From Camelus ferus (Eukaryota): a stretch of 64,000 bases of DNA. Every line of letters begins with the position of its first letter. Position 1 is the stretch's first letter. This document shows positions 23,423-45,222 of the stretch, in pieces. Position numbers and translations under genes: made by a program. The stretch spans positions 18,166,001-18,230,000 of the forward strand of contig NC_045713.1 in the NCBI RefSeq assembly GCF_009834535.1, given 5' to 3'. Under the pieces are notes generated by a model. The model ran no database searches. It was not told where the DNA came from and worked only from the letters and a program-made list of their open reading frames with translations.

Positions 23423-24882
23423 GTCCGCGCACGCGCGCACAGGCCGAGTAGCAGTAAAATTCCAACGCTACAGAGCACCGACGCCTCGAGGACTGAGCAA
23501 CCCCGCCTCCTGCGTCGAGGTTTATGTACGCCTCCCCGCCTACGTATCCCGAGGAATGCACCAAATGCGGAAAGGAAAGGGAGAAGCATGGCCGGACTCC
23601 TGCCACCCTTCAGGGAGGATGGAGGATCCTATCAGGGAGAAAGGAAACTTAATAACTAAGAACCTTGCAATAACATACATAATCCTATTTTTTGTCAGAG
23701 AACTTAGATTTCCTCTGCAGGACTAGCCTCACGATTCACGTCCACCCCTATGAGGGCATAATGGTACGGACCGATTACCCCCGGGGGCGGGGCGAGGGGC
23801 CGAGGGCGTCTGCGGGCGGAACTGTAGTCAAAGCTGGGAGTCGTGGGGCGGGAACCGAAATTCCTCTGGCTGGCTCCTTTCACTGGGCCCCACTTTCATT
23901 CACGATGGGGAGCTCCTGCGCTCCATTGCTCTCCCACTGCTTCAGACTCTTCCTCCCTCCGGCGCCAACTCTAATGTTCCTCCCCCGACTACACACACCG
24001 ACTCTCTCCCTACGTCTAGGTTTTCATGCATCGTCTTTCAGGGTTGCGTCTCCTTAGTCCTTACCAGGGTTTGTGGATTGTGACGTTTGATATGAAAGAA
24101 AGCATAGAGTTTAGCCCGGACCCCTGGGTCCTAGTCTGGTCAAGCACTGATCACCCACCAACAACCTCACGGCCTAGCCCCTGAGTAGCCATGGAATGGA
24201 AAAACCCAAGCCCTCCGGATTTCAGAGAGCGTTTAGTTTAAATCTGGAATCTCCCAGCCTTTTACTGATAGAGGGCTACTTTTTATTTTCCTGAACCAAT
24301 ATGGAGAGCCACTAGTAACTGATACTTGTATAGGGCTTAAGTTGTTTCAAAATGCATAATTAATTGCTTACCCATTACAGTCTCATGAAGAAAGTAAAGA
24401 TATCTCCATTTTATAGGTAAGAAAAGTGAGAGTCAGAGAGGCCAAGTACAATCCATGGTTATAGAACAACTAAGGATCAGGGGTCCCAATTCAAATCCAG
24501 GCATGTGTGACTGCAAAACATTCCTTTTGTTGATTATATGAACACTTTACAGTGTTCTGAAGCCTGTTCACTTCCTGTGAGAGCAAGGACAAAAAGTGAA
24601 ATTCAAATTTACTTGCAACTTGCACTCCACTTTCCCACAGGACAAGGGGCAGCTGAAACAAGAAGCAACTGGGCATGTGCGTGCAATTGACCAGAGTCTC
24701 CCTTACTCCCTGTTATTCCTGACATGGAAGCCAGTGTCAATTGCCATTAATATCAGCCACAATCACAACCAAGAACTTCAGTTTATACAACTGTCATTGC
24801 AGCATTGTCTATATATCAAACTGTTAGAAACCACTTAAGTTCCTACCAACAGAGGATCTGGTTAACTTAGTTATTATACAGA

Positions 24883-25087
24883 ACACGGTATCAATCTCAG
24901 CACTCTTGGCATTTTAGACCAGATAATTCTTTGTTGTGGGGGACTATCCTGTGTATTGGAGGATATTTAGCAGCATTCCTGGCCTCTATCTGTGTTAGGT
25001 ATTTGTAACAATCCCTCATTGTAATAACCAAAATTGTCTCCTGGCTGGAGATGCAGTTACATCATCACCTCAGATTGAGAACCACTG
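24883..25087 (-). mobile_element. MER20 (hAT-Charlie)
   Basis: GATAATTCTTTGTTGTGGGGGACTATCCTGTG...TTGAGAACCACTG. Confidence 0.75.
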
Positions 25088-25503
25088 TGATACAGCCATA
25101 CTATGAGATTAAAAAAATGAGATGGATCTAAGTGTACAGATATCATGAGATTTTTTTTAATGAGGTGGATCTAAATGCAGAGATATAAAAACTATCTAAG
25201 CTCTATTATTACTGGGAGAGAGGAGCAAGGTACTACGCAATATGTGTGTAATATGTTATTCTTTGGGTTTTAAAGTGTAGGGGGTAGAGTAACTGATATA
25301 TATGTTTGTTCATACATAAAATACCTCTGGAAGAAGAAAAAGTTAGTATCAGTGGTTATGTCTGGAGAAGTCTAAGAAACTTGGGACTGAGTGTACGAAA
25401 GAAACTTACTTTTCCCTGCATCCTCCTTTATATTTTAATTTTTTACCGTGAATGTATATTGACCAATTCAAAAAGAAATTATCTCTTACAGAGTGGCATA
25501 GTG

Positions 25504-25606
25504 TAGGCAGAAAGAGGATGTTACAGGGTGAAACCAATCAATAGGCAGAAAGAGGATGTCACAGGGTGAAACCAATCAATAGGCAGAAAGAGGATGTTAT
25601 AGGGTG
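25504..25606. repeat. 38-bp tandem repeat, 2.7 copies
   Basis: Unit TAGGCAGAAAGAGGATGTTACAGGGTGAAACCAATCAA starts at 25504, 25542 and 25580 (third copy partial). Confidence 0.9.
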
Positions 25607-27070
25607 GGGCCAAGGAGGGCTGATCAGTTTTGCAGTGAGTAGGGTGGGGACGATCAGCTTTCCCTGTAACTGATGTGATGGCATGTCAGCTGGGAGTCTA
25701 CCAGGTGAACAAAGCATCTGTCAGCCCAAGAATGGCATGAACAGAAGAAGGAAGGAGGAGCCAACTTGACCGCAGGTCTGTCTTCCTGGCACTGTGGCTG
25801 GGTCCTTGTCTACAGGGCCCCGGGTTGCTGGGTGTGGGGGAGAGCAGGCAACATCCCTCTTCTCAGGAGCCTTGAGAGGGACAGAGCAGGGACTTTGGGC
25901 CAGACCTCGGTACTTCTAGGCTGCAGTGCATTTTTGTATGAATTGGGAAAATGTCCCTTCCTCTAGACTGATGCAGCCCATGCAGGGCCCAGGGCTTAGC
26001 AAGTAGAGTGGGAGCTGAATTTCTTCAGCCCCAATTTGGCTCTCAGAGACAACACTTTTGCAGGACAAAACCGACACCACCCTAAGTAGGGGTCCTAAGG
26101 TATAAGATGACTCTGCTATTTTATGTCACTCAAAACAAGAATGAAAGAAAGTGACCTTGTAGTATAACATGAAAATCAAATGATATTTCCATCTGCAGAG
26201 CATCTGTAACTGGGCTTAGAACATAGTTGCACGATGTCGTTTCCTCTCTCACCTGTCCTTCAAGATGCACGGCTTAAAGTAAGGAATTATTGCTTAATTA
26301 TTTCCTCGGGCAGCACTCAGGACAGGAAATGCCCCTGGGTGAGGTGGGGGAGGGTGCCTATTCAGGTTTTGTGTCTCTATGGGAGGTTGTCATGGTCAAC
26401 AGAATCGGGAAAATAAATACTGGGCAGATCATTGGGCTGCACTAAGAGAGAACCTGCTTGGACCAGCTGGACAAGAGCCACACAGTTCACTAGGTCTGAC
26501 CAAGAATGGCAGAAAGTCTCCTAGGAGGCAGGGCCAGGAGACAGGAAGGGCACGGGCGAGGACTTTGGTGGTCATGGTGAAGCCAAAGGGCACAACTGTC
26601 CCGTCATTGTAGCACGTCCACTTCCAAATGCATTAGCGGTTCCAGGGGAACAAACTGGCCAGCCCCAAATACTGGTACCTGGTTCCTGAAAATGACACAT
26701 AAGCGGCTCTGGTGGCATTTCCACATCATCGCCTGTCAGGGAGGGTCTCTCACTCTGAAGACAAAGGAAAAAGGAGAAGGGCAGAGAAAAGGTAGCAGGA
26801 CAAGGACTTCCTGAGAAATATGCAAAAAATCTGAAGACACTTATTTGTGCTTGACCTTGTTTATACAAAGACCTGAACCCTAACATGCCAAAGATATACT
26901 TTTTCAAACTTATTTGCATATTTTAAGAGGAAGATAGAAGAGGTCTCCTGACTTTGTCTGTGCGGCAACTAAAATGAAAATTACACATATTAAAAAACTT
27001 TTAAAAATAAGTGTCTCATGGGAACTATCTACAGCAGTAAGATCCACTTATGTAGTTTTTTAAAAATTGA

Positions 27071-27174
27071 TTTTATTTTATTATTATTATTTTTTTAATA
27101 GAGGTACTGGAGACCCAGGATCTTATACATGGTAAGCATACACTCTACCACTGAGCTATACATACCCTCCCCCC
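27071..27174 (-). mobile_element. Vic-1-like SINE
   Basis: GAGGTACTGG...CACTCTACCACTGAGCTATA...CCCTCCCCCC with a T-rich tail to the left. Confidence 0.8.
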
Positions 27175-29309
27175 ACTTTTGTACTCCAAAATTTTCTAGG
27201 AGCAACATTTTAATAAGTAAAACAAATCAGTGGGATATTTTACTTTTTTTTTTTGTATTAAGTCTTCAAATCTGGTGGGTCTCCAACATAAGCTTGGCCA
27301 GACTGCACACACCAAGAACATATAAACCATCAGACACAGACATGCACACATCTGAAAGGGCTTTTGTTGTAATTTCAACAATAAATTCTTCTGTTTCCAA
27401 CTAAACAGGTTTGGGATTTTTTTTTTTTTTTTAAGAATTTTGCCCTAAGGCTTCTGCCTCTTAGCTGATTAGAAACCAGAGAATTTAGCAACTCCTTTCT
27501 TTATTGAAAGCTGCACATGAAATAACTTAGGAAAAACCTTGCTTTAAAAAATATAAAGTGTGAAAAAATTTTTGAATAAAAAAATAAAAAGTGTGAAAAA
27601 AATGGCTTAGTAAGATTGGGAGGTTTGCTTCTCATTTCAGGAGTTTTCTTACCTGATGATCCTTACTGACATTAGAAGACATTTCTCTGGGTAAATATGG
27701 CTTTAGTAATTTTTATGTGAAGATGCGTTTCTCCTCTGCGGTAGAAGAAGAAACACATTATCCTGTCACCCAAAACTCTAACCACCAATGAGTGTAAAAT
27801 TGGAGATAGAGGCATGGTTTATTTTCATCCACAGGGAAAAATAATGTAATTCTGCTCAATATAATTTTTATCTGCCACTTTTTCTATGACAATAGGAAAA
27901 ACCTTCTGAACCGGTACCAAAATTGTGTGGAAATTTGCTGATAATCATATCAAAATATATCTAACCACAGTGGAATGATGGGGTTGTAATTCACCATGGT
28001 CTGTGAATTTCAGAACTTTCTTTTACTAGTCCAAGACAAGAAGTAGTGTTTACAATGAAATGGTTCGCATAAACTCTCTGGGTAAGAGTTTTCCTGTGTA
28101 ATCTTAAATTCATTTCTAAAACTCTTATTCAGTGGTGTTATCTAAAGAACATGATAAGCATTTGAATATACTCAAGTACCAGAGAGTAATTGGAATTTAT
28201 CAGGAAAACCTGAGATGCTCAAGGGTCAACTGCATTAGCAAAAGTAAATAGATGTGCAGGACCTACTTTAACTAGCGGTTCTCAATAATTCAGACTGTTA
28301 CTTTAGCCTCTAAGATTTCTGAGGAATAAGACCTTTAATTTTTAATCTCTGTACCCTGGAAACACTGTATATCTCAAAAAGAGGTTAGAGGACGAATGGG
28401 CACAGACCTAAAGATAAAACATGTTCTGTTGCGTGAAATCTGGTGAATCATTACATCGAGATAATAAAATAAAACAAAATGAAGTAAACCTTGTTCTTGA
28501 AAGTTCACTTTGTGCCAGTCACCTTTACAAAAGATCTACATTAGAACGTGTTTTTGCTAACCGAAAGACATCCAAAGAGGGTTTTTGCTTTTACAAAAAA
28601 AAGGCAAAAAGTGAAAATAGTGTTCAGTGTTTGTTTTGCAGCAAGCTGTTACAAAGGCAGCGTCCACCCCAAACAGTGAAAGTGGCACCACCGAGCTCCT
28701 TCCTTGGCAGCTACACTCAGCATTTCAGCATCAAGCTGCCATAGGTTTGAAATGAGTCTGGGAGCATCTGTACTTTATCTGGATTTATTTTGTGCAACTA
28801 TTAGCAGAATGTGTTCTAAAGTAATTGTTTCTTTGCATTATACCCTAGGGCTGCTCATTTGAGACCAAAGCGATGAGTCCTGGAGCAGTTTTTAGCTCCA
28901 ATAGGACTCAGTTGATCAGGGGCTCTACTGGGGAAAGGATGAGAGACCCAAGTGGTGACTTTGTGCCACCGTGGCCCCTAGAGATCAGGTGATAGAGGCA
29001 AGGGGTGGGGGTGCCTGGCAGAGTAAAATGGAAAGAAGAGCAGTTACTCTTCCTGCCACAAGTGGGAGCTTCAGGGGGCACATCTTGACCATACCAGTCA
29101 ACTTGGCTTCTGGTACAGAGTCCTGTCAGAATGTGAACCTTTATCAATTGTCTCTCAAATACTCCCACTCAGAGGGTCACTCCATTCAGTAACATGGAAT
29201 GTGCATTTTAGACCCCACCTCAAGTTATTTTGGAGCACACTCCAGAAAGTCTCATTCTTCTAAGCAGAGAAGCAACAACACAGTAAGACAATATTCTGGC
29301 CAAGGGAAT

Positions 29310-29485
29310 AGGGTTGCCAAATTTAGCAAATAAAAATGCAGGCTGTCCAATGAAATCTTAATTTCATATAAACACAAATAATGATTTCCCACTATTGCAT
29401 GGAACATAGTTATACATAAAAGATTATTCACTGATTATCTGAAATTCAGATTTAACTGAATGTCCTCTATTTTACCTGACAACCT
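29310..29485. mobile_element. MER53 palindromic hAT MITE
   Basis: AGGGTTGCCAAATTTAGCAAATAAAAAT ... ATTTTACCTGACAACCT with long internal inverted symmetry. Confidence 0.75.
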
Positions 29486-30371
29486 TACCAGGGGTTATAT
29501 ATACTTTTAACAGTTTTCCAAACTAAAATGTTTGGAGCCTTGCTCTGTAATGTCACCCTTTTGGTGTGCATTAGAGCAGGCACCCCAGATTCTTTTCGTT
29601 TCCGCACATCCTCTTTTCACAAGGAAATGCAGCACTGTCCAGCTTAGCTCAGGAGGAGTGGGTGTGGCTCTGCCCTTAACCTGTTGGAACTATCTTCTAC
29701 TCCCTCTGTTCAGTATCTTTCAAAAGCTTGGCTGAGAGAAACAGTATTTTTTAAGGATTATCTCAAGAATGTCCTTTTTTTCTAGGTCAGTGATAATCAG
29801 CCTTTTTATTGAGAAAGCCAGTTCAGAAAAAAAGTAACTTGTTACCAAATTTTTTTTAAATTATCTGTTATCAGGAATGTAATAGCAACAATTTTGCTTA
29901 AGCATGTTTTTACTGTTTCCCCAATTGCTACAAGACTTCATTCTTTTGGTTAAACTTTCAGAAACTACATAACATGCCTGCTTTGGTGTATCTGATATAA
30001 TGCTCTACCTTTTATGAAAGCTTGTGGTCTAGGAAAGAATTTTTGGAGCTGTCTCTGTTGTTTTTCCTTAACTGACCCTGGAATCCATTTAACTGGAAAA
30101 TGTGTTTCTTCCTCTTTTTATTCAGGCGTAACAACCATACAGTAAAAGTGTGCAAAGTGTGCTAACCTTACATCTCAGTGAAGTTCTGCATGTGTATCAC
30201 CTGAGTAGCCACCACCTAGATCGAGTTACAGGACTTTCCCAAAAAAAAGGAATTTAAAACAAAGCTATAGAACTTTCCTGCACTCCAGCAAATACCTTTG
30301 TGCTCTTCCCAGTTAATAACTTCCACCAGAGGGAAATACTATTCTCACTTCTACAATCATTGATTAGTTTT

Positions 30372-31165
30372 TTCACTTTTTTAAAATTGAAGTATAGTTG
30401 ATTTATAATGTTGTGTTAGTTTCAGGGGTACAGCAAAATGATTCAATTTTTTATATATATATATATACACATACATACATACATATATTCAATATATATA
30501 CATATATTCTTTTTCAGACTTTTCTCATTACAGGCTATTACAAGGTATTGAATATAGTTCCTTGTGCTATATAATAGGCCCTTGATTAGCTTTGTTTGTT
30601 CTTAAATTTTATAAAATTAGAATCATACAGTATGATACTTACATTCCTTGAACATAAGTTCTGTTGGAGTCGTCTATGTTGATGCCCATATCAGTAATTC
30701 GTTCTTTTTTATTGCTGCATAATATTCCATTGTATGAATATACCACAATTTATCAATTTTCCTGTTACTGGGCATTTGTATTGTTTCTGAGTTTGGCTCT
30801 TATGAATAAAGCTTCTACAGACACTCTGCTTTGCTCACGTCTCTTGGTGCATTCATTTCTCTTGTGTCTAACCACAGGAGTATGGTTGTTGGGTCATAAC
30901 ACAGGTGTATGTTCAGCTTTAATGAATAATGCCAAAGAATTTTCTACCCACCCTCCCCACCCTACAGCAATGTATGAGCATTTCACTTGCTCTGCATCCT
31001 CAGCAATATTTGGTGTTGAACAGCTTTTTAAATTTTAGCCATTCTGCTGGGTGTTTGGTGGCATCTCTTGGTGGTTTATATTTTCATTTCCCCTCAGGTG
31101 ATCTTGTGCAACTTTTCATATGCATACTGGCAATTGGATATCCTTTTTTTTTTAGTACTTGTTAA
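30372..31165 (-). mobile_element. L1 fragments (3' end plus older L1M segment) with (TA)n/(CATA)n microsatellite
   Basis: TTGAAGTATAGTTGATTTATAATGTTGTGTTAGTTTCAGG is an L1 3' terminus; TATTCCATTGTATGAATATACCACAATTT is L1M-type. Confidence 0.7.
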
Positions 31166-31169
31166 AGCC

Positions 31170-31648
31170 TGAGGTAGATCAGCTCCAAAGCCGACTCCCT
31201 CAAGGAACCATGCCTTCGAGCCTTCGTGACCTTTCTAGTCCCCTTCTTTGCTGAAATCTGGGCTAAGCTGTGTCACTTGAACCAACAGAACGTTGCAGCG
31301 TGGAGCTGTGCCAGTTCCAGGCCTAAGCCCTAAGAGCCATGGCAGCTTCTGCTTTAGAGCTCTAGGGACTTCTGAGCCACCAGTAAGAAGTCCAGCTACC
31401 CTGCTGGAGAGACCATGACTATATCAGAGGAGAGACCTTGACATTGCATAGCAAAGCAAGAAGCCCAGCCATCCCAAGTGAACATCCAGATGTTTCCAGC
31501 CCCAACTGCATCTAACTGCAACCACATGAGGGACCCCAACCACCCGGTGGAGCCCAGTCACCCCACATGACCAAGAGAGATAACAAAATGGGTTCTAAGT
31601 CTTTAGGTTTGGGGCTGGTTTATTTCACAGCGGTAGATAACTGAAATA
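31170..31648 (+). mobile_element. MaLR LTR (MLT1D-like)
   Basis: Typical MLT1 3' end (GGAGCCCAGTC...TTTGGGGCTGGTTTATTTCACAGCGGTAGATAACTGAAATA). Confidence 0.6.
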
Positions 31649-31705
31649 AAATATTTTGCCATTTAAAAAAATTTGAATTGTCTTGTCTTTTCCTTAGTAC
31701 TTCTT

Positions 31706-32174
31706 AACCAGTTCTCAAATATGGTCTGGGAACCCCCAGCGGGGTCCCAAGACTCTCTCAAGGGGCGCCTAAGGCCAAAACTATTTTCATGATGCCAAGT
31801 GTACAATGTAGGTTTCCAAAGGATCCTTGACACATGATATCCCAACAGGCTGGATGCAGAAGCAGATATGAGAATCCAGCTGTATTCTATTCATCAAGAC
31901 ACTAAAGAGGTTTGCAAAAATGTAAAATAATGCCACTCATTTTTTTTTTTTTTTGGTTTGGTTTGGTTTGGAAAATACTTTTCATAAAAATATGTTATTT
32001 TACATTAATGTATAATGGATTTTTAATGAGTTAATAATTAGTATTTCTCAGTTTTAACTTCAAATGCAGTAAATGTTGATAGATATAACACACATAAGCA
32101 AAAACTCTTCAGATTTCTCAATAATTTTTAACAGCGTAAGGAGGTCCTGAGACCCAAACGTCTGAGAACTGCTG
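31706..32174 (+). mobile_element. hAT-Charlie non-autonomous DNA transposon (Charlie4a/MER80-like)
   Basis: Degenerate TIRs CAGTTCTCAAA ... TGAGAACTGCTG; internal GCAGAAGCAGATATGAGAATCCAGCTG. Confidence 0.65.
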
Positions 32175-32389
32175 AATTGGAGGAAGCAGTTCATAGGTGA
32201 GGACCTTCATGGTATTCATACTTTGCATTAACCACTCTCTACATCTTCTGACTTTTTTTGCCCATTGCCTCATTTTTCTGAGTGTTTGTTGAATAAATTA
32301 CAGGGTTTTATCTTTGGAGGGGCAAATGCCTACAAATGAGTGCCTGAGAAGGCTTAGAAACCCCAGGATTGTGTTAAAAAGTCTGAAAT

Positions 32390-32846
32390 TGTTGCCCCTG
32401 TTAACCTAAAACAATACAACAGCCAGTCATTTCACCAGCAAAATGGATTTATTCACAAGCAACAAAGAATTGCAATTCAGAACATGCAAATATGGCGGCA
32501 AACCACATGCAAGCCCGGTAAAGCAAAGGAGAGTTAACTCTTTTACAGAGGAGAGGGGGAAGTTGAGAGGGCTGTTATAAACAAAAAGTTCATTGGAAGA
32601 AACTGGGAGTTCAGAGTATAGTGGCTTGTCATTGGCTGAGTTGTGACAGTCTCTCATTGGCTGAGCTGTTGCCAGGCAGGGAGAAAATCTACCTCCTGCT
32701 AGGGGTAGGAAAGTAGTGTCACATCCTGCTGGAGATGCAAAGTTCTGTGTCTTCCTGTTGGGATCCGTATTGCCGTTAAGTGGTACGGGCATGAGAGCTC
32801 CCCCTGCTGTTCTCCCAACTCCATTTCAGTGAGGTTTCCCTTTACA
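32390..32846 (-). mobile_element. Solo ERV LTR (ERV1-like), about 457 bp
   Basis: Minus strand reads TGTAAAGGGAAACC...GGTTAACAGGGGCAACA (TG...CA termini), with two AGCCAATG boxes, a TATAAC element and AATAAA near the 3' end. No exact TSD found; family not assigned. Confidence 0.65.
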
Positions 32847-33139
32847 AATTTTCACATCACCATGCTGACTTTCATTGTCGGTCACAGACTAGCTAAGGTT
32901 AGCAAGATTATCATTTGAATCTAGTCAATTGTTGGGTCCCTGTGTTTCCATTTCCTCCCTCCCTAATCACTTCTCTTTTTTCCCTTGTTCTTGCTACCCT
33001 GGGATTGTACCTCCCCTCCCAAAAAAGGCAAAAGCATGTAGGCTTTGCCTAAGCTTCTCTTTTCTAGGGAAACTGGGCTAACAGAGTATTATTATTTTTG
33101 TTGTTATTATTAGCTCATATTATTGATAAGAAAATAGAT

Positions 33140-33660
33140 ATATGTGTGTGGATAGTTTTTGTCTGACTCTCCACTTCCACTCCCCACCTTTCTCCATCCT
33201 GATTTGTTCTCACAGAGGGTGACCTTTATGAGCCACATCATGGGCCCCCTTGCACTCTGACTTCTGGTAGTTTTGTTTGCTTGTTTTTGTTTTTGTTTTT
33301 GACTTCTGGTAGTTTTCAGATGATGGGAAGAGCTGGCAGTTGATCAGAGGCTAGAAGAAGGGTGATGAGATAGGGTCTTTTCTTTCCCAGCTCCCTCCCT
33401 GCTGAGCCACAGGTTGATGAAGGTTGCATTCCTCCACTGAAGGCACTCCTATCGGCTGGCCTTCTCCTACAGCCTTGTATCTCTCTTTCCCAGTTCCAGT
33501 ATCTGCTCCCTCTCCTTGCCCCTTCAGATTATTGCTAGCCCCCAGGTGCTTCACCATCCCTGTTGGTTTCCCTTGTTCCTGACTACACCTGTGTAAATAG
33601 TTCCTTCATTAAACTCTCCTCAACTCCTCTTTGAAGCACCATATTTCTTAAGTAGACTCC
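33140..33660 (+). mobile_element. Ancient ERVL LTR (LTR33-like)
   Basis: GGGCCCCCTTGCACTCTGACTTCTGG...GCTCCCTCCCTGCTG...GTAAATAGTTCCTTCATTAAACTCTC resembles the LTR33 consensus as recalled. Confidence 0.55.
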
Positions 33661-34411
33661 TATCATATATGCAGAGGGGTTGAGTGACTTTCCTAAGGTC
33701 ATACAAAGAGTAGGTAGCAGAACACCTGAGGCTACTTACTCTAACACAAAGAAGGGCGGAGACAGGGCGGAGTCTTTTTCGGCTACCAGCCTGCCCATCC
33801 TCCTCCGAGAATCCTATGCCCTGCCCAACTTGCCGGAATCTCTGATCCTTTTGTTGGGATGGGATTGAATTCCCTAGGGCTCCCGTCCCAGACCTGGCCA
33901 GCAACTCCAGTAACCAGAGCTGTGTGAGAAGAAAAGGCCAAGCCATTGAGGTAGACGCACCCCAAACAGAGATGAAGTCTCAGGTGAGTCACGCCACTGA
34001 GGGACCACCTTCCCTGTCCCAAGGGCCACTGCTGACTGGCAGCCCTGCCTCACCAAGGACCCAGAACATCAGCCTCCCAGCCCCTGGCTGTCCTCTCCCT
34101 CCACCTTTGTGGGTTTTCCACTCAACTCCCCCACCCAATAGGTGTCCAGGAGCTGGGACATCTGCCTCCTGCCCCCACCCTGGGCCTCTAGAGATGTGAG
34201 ATGCCCACAGGGCTCTAGGTGGGGCATTTGGCTCCCTACTTCCTCCTTCCAGCCCCAGATCCACTCAGATTCCCAGAGATGGGCTTCAGCCAGGGTGGGT
34301 GGGGCTGTTCCTCAGACCATCAGGAGTCACGGGCTGCCTAGGCAGTGACAGAGCTGTGGCAAGGAGCAGATCTTCACCCATTTCTGTGCCTCCAACTGAC
34401 TCAAATGCGCC

Positions 34412-43453
<9,042 letters not shown>

Positions 43454-43694
43454 GGGGGCCTGGGTCCCTGGGCCACCTTACCTTCGTCATCACCTTCCCT
43501 TCTCCTCCCCTACCTCCTCCAGCTTTCCACCACTTCCCGCCCAGTGGGGCTGGAATGTGGCCCAACTGGCTCTGTTCTCTTACCCGGAACCTCCAAGGCG
43601 CCCCACCCACCTAGACTGCAGCGGCTCTGGTAATCGGGCCTCAGAGCCCAGCTATTTTGGGCCCTGGCATCCTTGGCAGTGGGAGGCAGCAGAC

Positions 43695-43700
43695 AATAAA
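43695..43700 (+). terminator. PRSS36 poly(A) signal AATAAA
   Basis: AATAAA about 240 nt after the stop, followed by GT-rich sequence (ATGTGGCTTTGTGG). Confidence 0.75.
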
Positions 43701-45138
43701 GGTGTAAACACAGACATGTGGCTTTGTGGCATCGCTGGGGGCAGGCTGAGGGGCCAGGGGAAAGCCCCAGGGATCGGCCCCTCCCTCCTGGGCCTCCGTG
43801 AGTCAGGCCTTGGGCTCCCAGGAAATTTGTCCCTGATAACGTGGCAGCTGTCCCTCATTCCTGCCCCAGGGCGGGGGAGGTTGGGCAGACAGCTGGTTCT
43901 GTGTCACCCCCTCCTCAGTGGAATCAGCATCCCCAGCACCTGCTGGTCACCTCGGCCCTGCTGCCCCTCCCCCTAGAGCAAGGAAGACTGAGAGTCAAGG
44001 TCAGAGGAAGGGTCCAGGAGTCTGGGGGCCTAGCGTCTGTCTGCTGTATCCTATACCCACAGGGAGCCACTGCCATTTACATACCCTATAGATAGTGCTC
44101 TAAAGTGTATACCTCCAGTGTCCAGTACACACACGACATTTGTACCCTTCAAGTGTCCACCACATCCTGCCCAGTGCCCCCAGGGTTTGGGCCCCATCAA
44201 AAGTCCCTTGTATGTATCTGCTACTACCTCACCCACCACCACTTACCAGGGCACCTCCCTGCATTAATTCAACCACATTCCCTCTTAACTGCTAAGTCAT
44301 GGCACAGCAGGGGCTTTGACAAGCCTGCAAAATGCTCCCGATATAGTAAGGAACACGTGGGCACCCCTGGCTGGTGGTCAGGAAAAAGTCATAGAGGGGG
44401 TGATATCTGAGCATAGAATAAGGGCAGTGGGGACACATCGGGGGCAGGAGGGGCGTGTGGGGTGGAAACCAGCTGGTGAGGGTGGCAGAGGGGTCTCCTC
44501 TGGGGCTGGAGTCACCATTTCTGGGTTGAGTAGGCAGCAGTTTGGAGAGGAGAGACTTCAGGGAAGCTGGAAGTTCTAGGGAGAGTGAGATGGACAGAGG
44601 TTCTTAAATGACCAGGCTTATCTTTAGCTGCCAGATTCCAAAGAGAATTCCCCTGTACCTATCACCACAGGGACACACACCCCTAACCTGCTCCCCATCC
44701 CTGGTCAGTCACTCATATACCACAGACTCTTAATATACCCTATAATCTACACAAGTCCTCTCACAATGTCCAGGGTCTTGCCCCCTGCTCCCCAGCTTAG
44801 ACCCCTTCCAGAATCAGCCTTGTCCCCTTTCCCACTCCAGGAATTCCCTGCCCTCCAGCCCAGGCCCTGAAGTCCTGGCTTAGAAGGCCACACACCTAGT
44901 CTTATGGAAGGTAGGTAGGGAAGTGGGGCTCTTTTTCTAAAGCTTGAAGCCAACATGCATTCTCAATTGCCCCAGATTCATACACTCACAGAGGATGCAC
45001 TTGACCCCCAACCCAGGCACGTGGGCCTCCTTTCCCTGAACCCGCGCCACCTGCATCCTCCACGTGAGGGCAATTCACCTGGACCACCCTTACCCATCTT
45101 TGCCTTATTCTAAATGCACCTCCTGGAGGAGCCCCCCC

Positions 45139-45222
45139 TTTTTTTTTTAATGGAGGTACTGGAAATTGAACCCAAGACTTCATGCATGCTAAGCACCCAC
45201 TCTACTACTGAGCTATTATAGC
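45139..45222 (-). mobile_element. Vic-1-like SINE
   Basis: TTTTTTTTAATGGAGGTACTGGAAATTGAACCC...GCATGCTAAGCA...CTCTACTACTGAGCTA. Confidence 0.8.
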
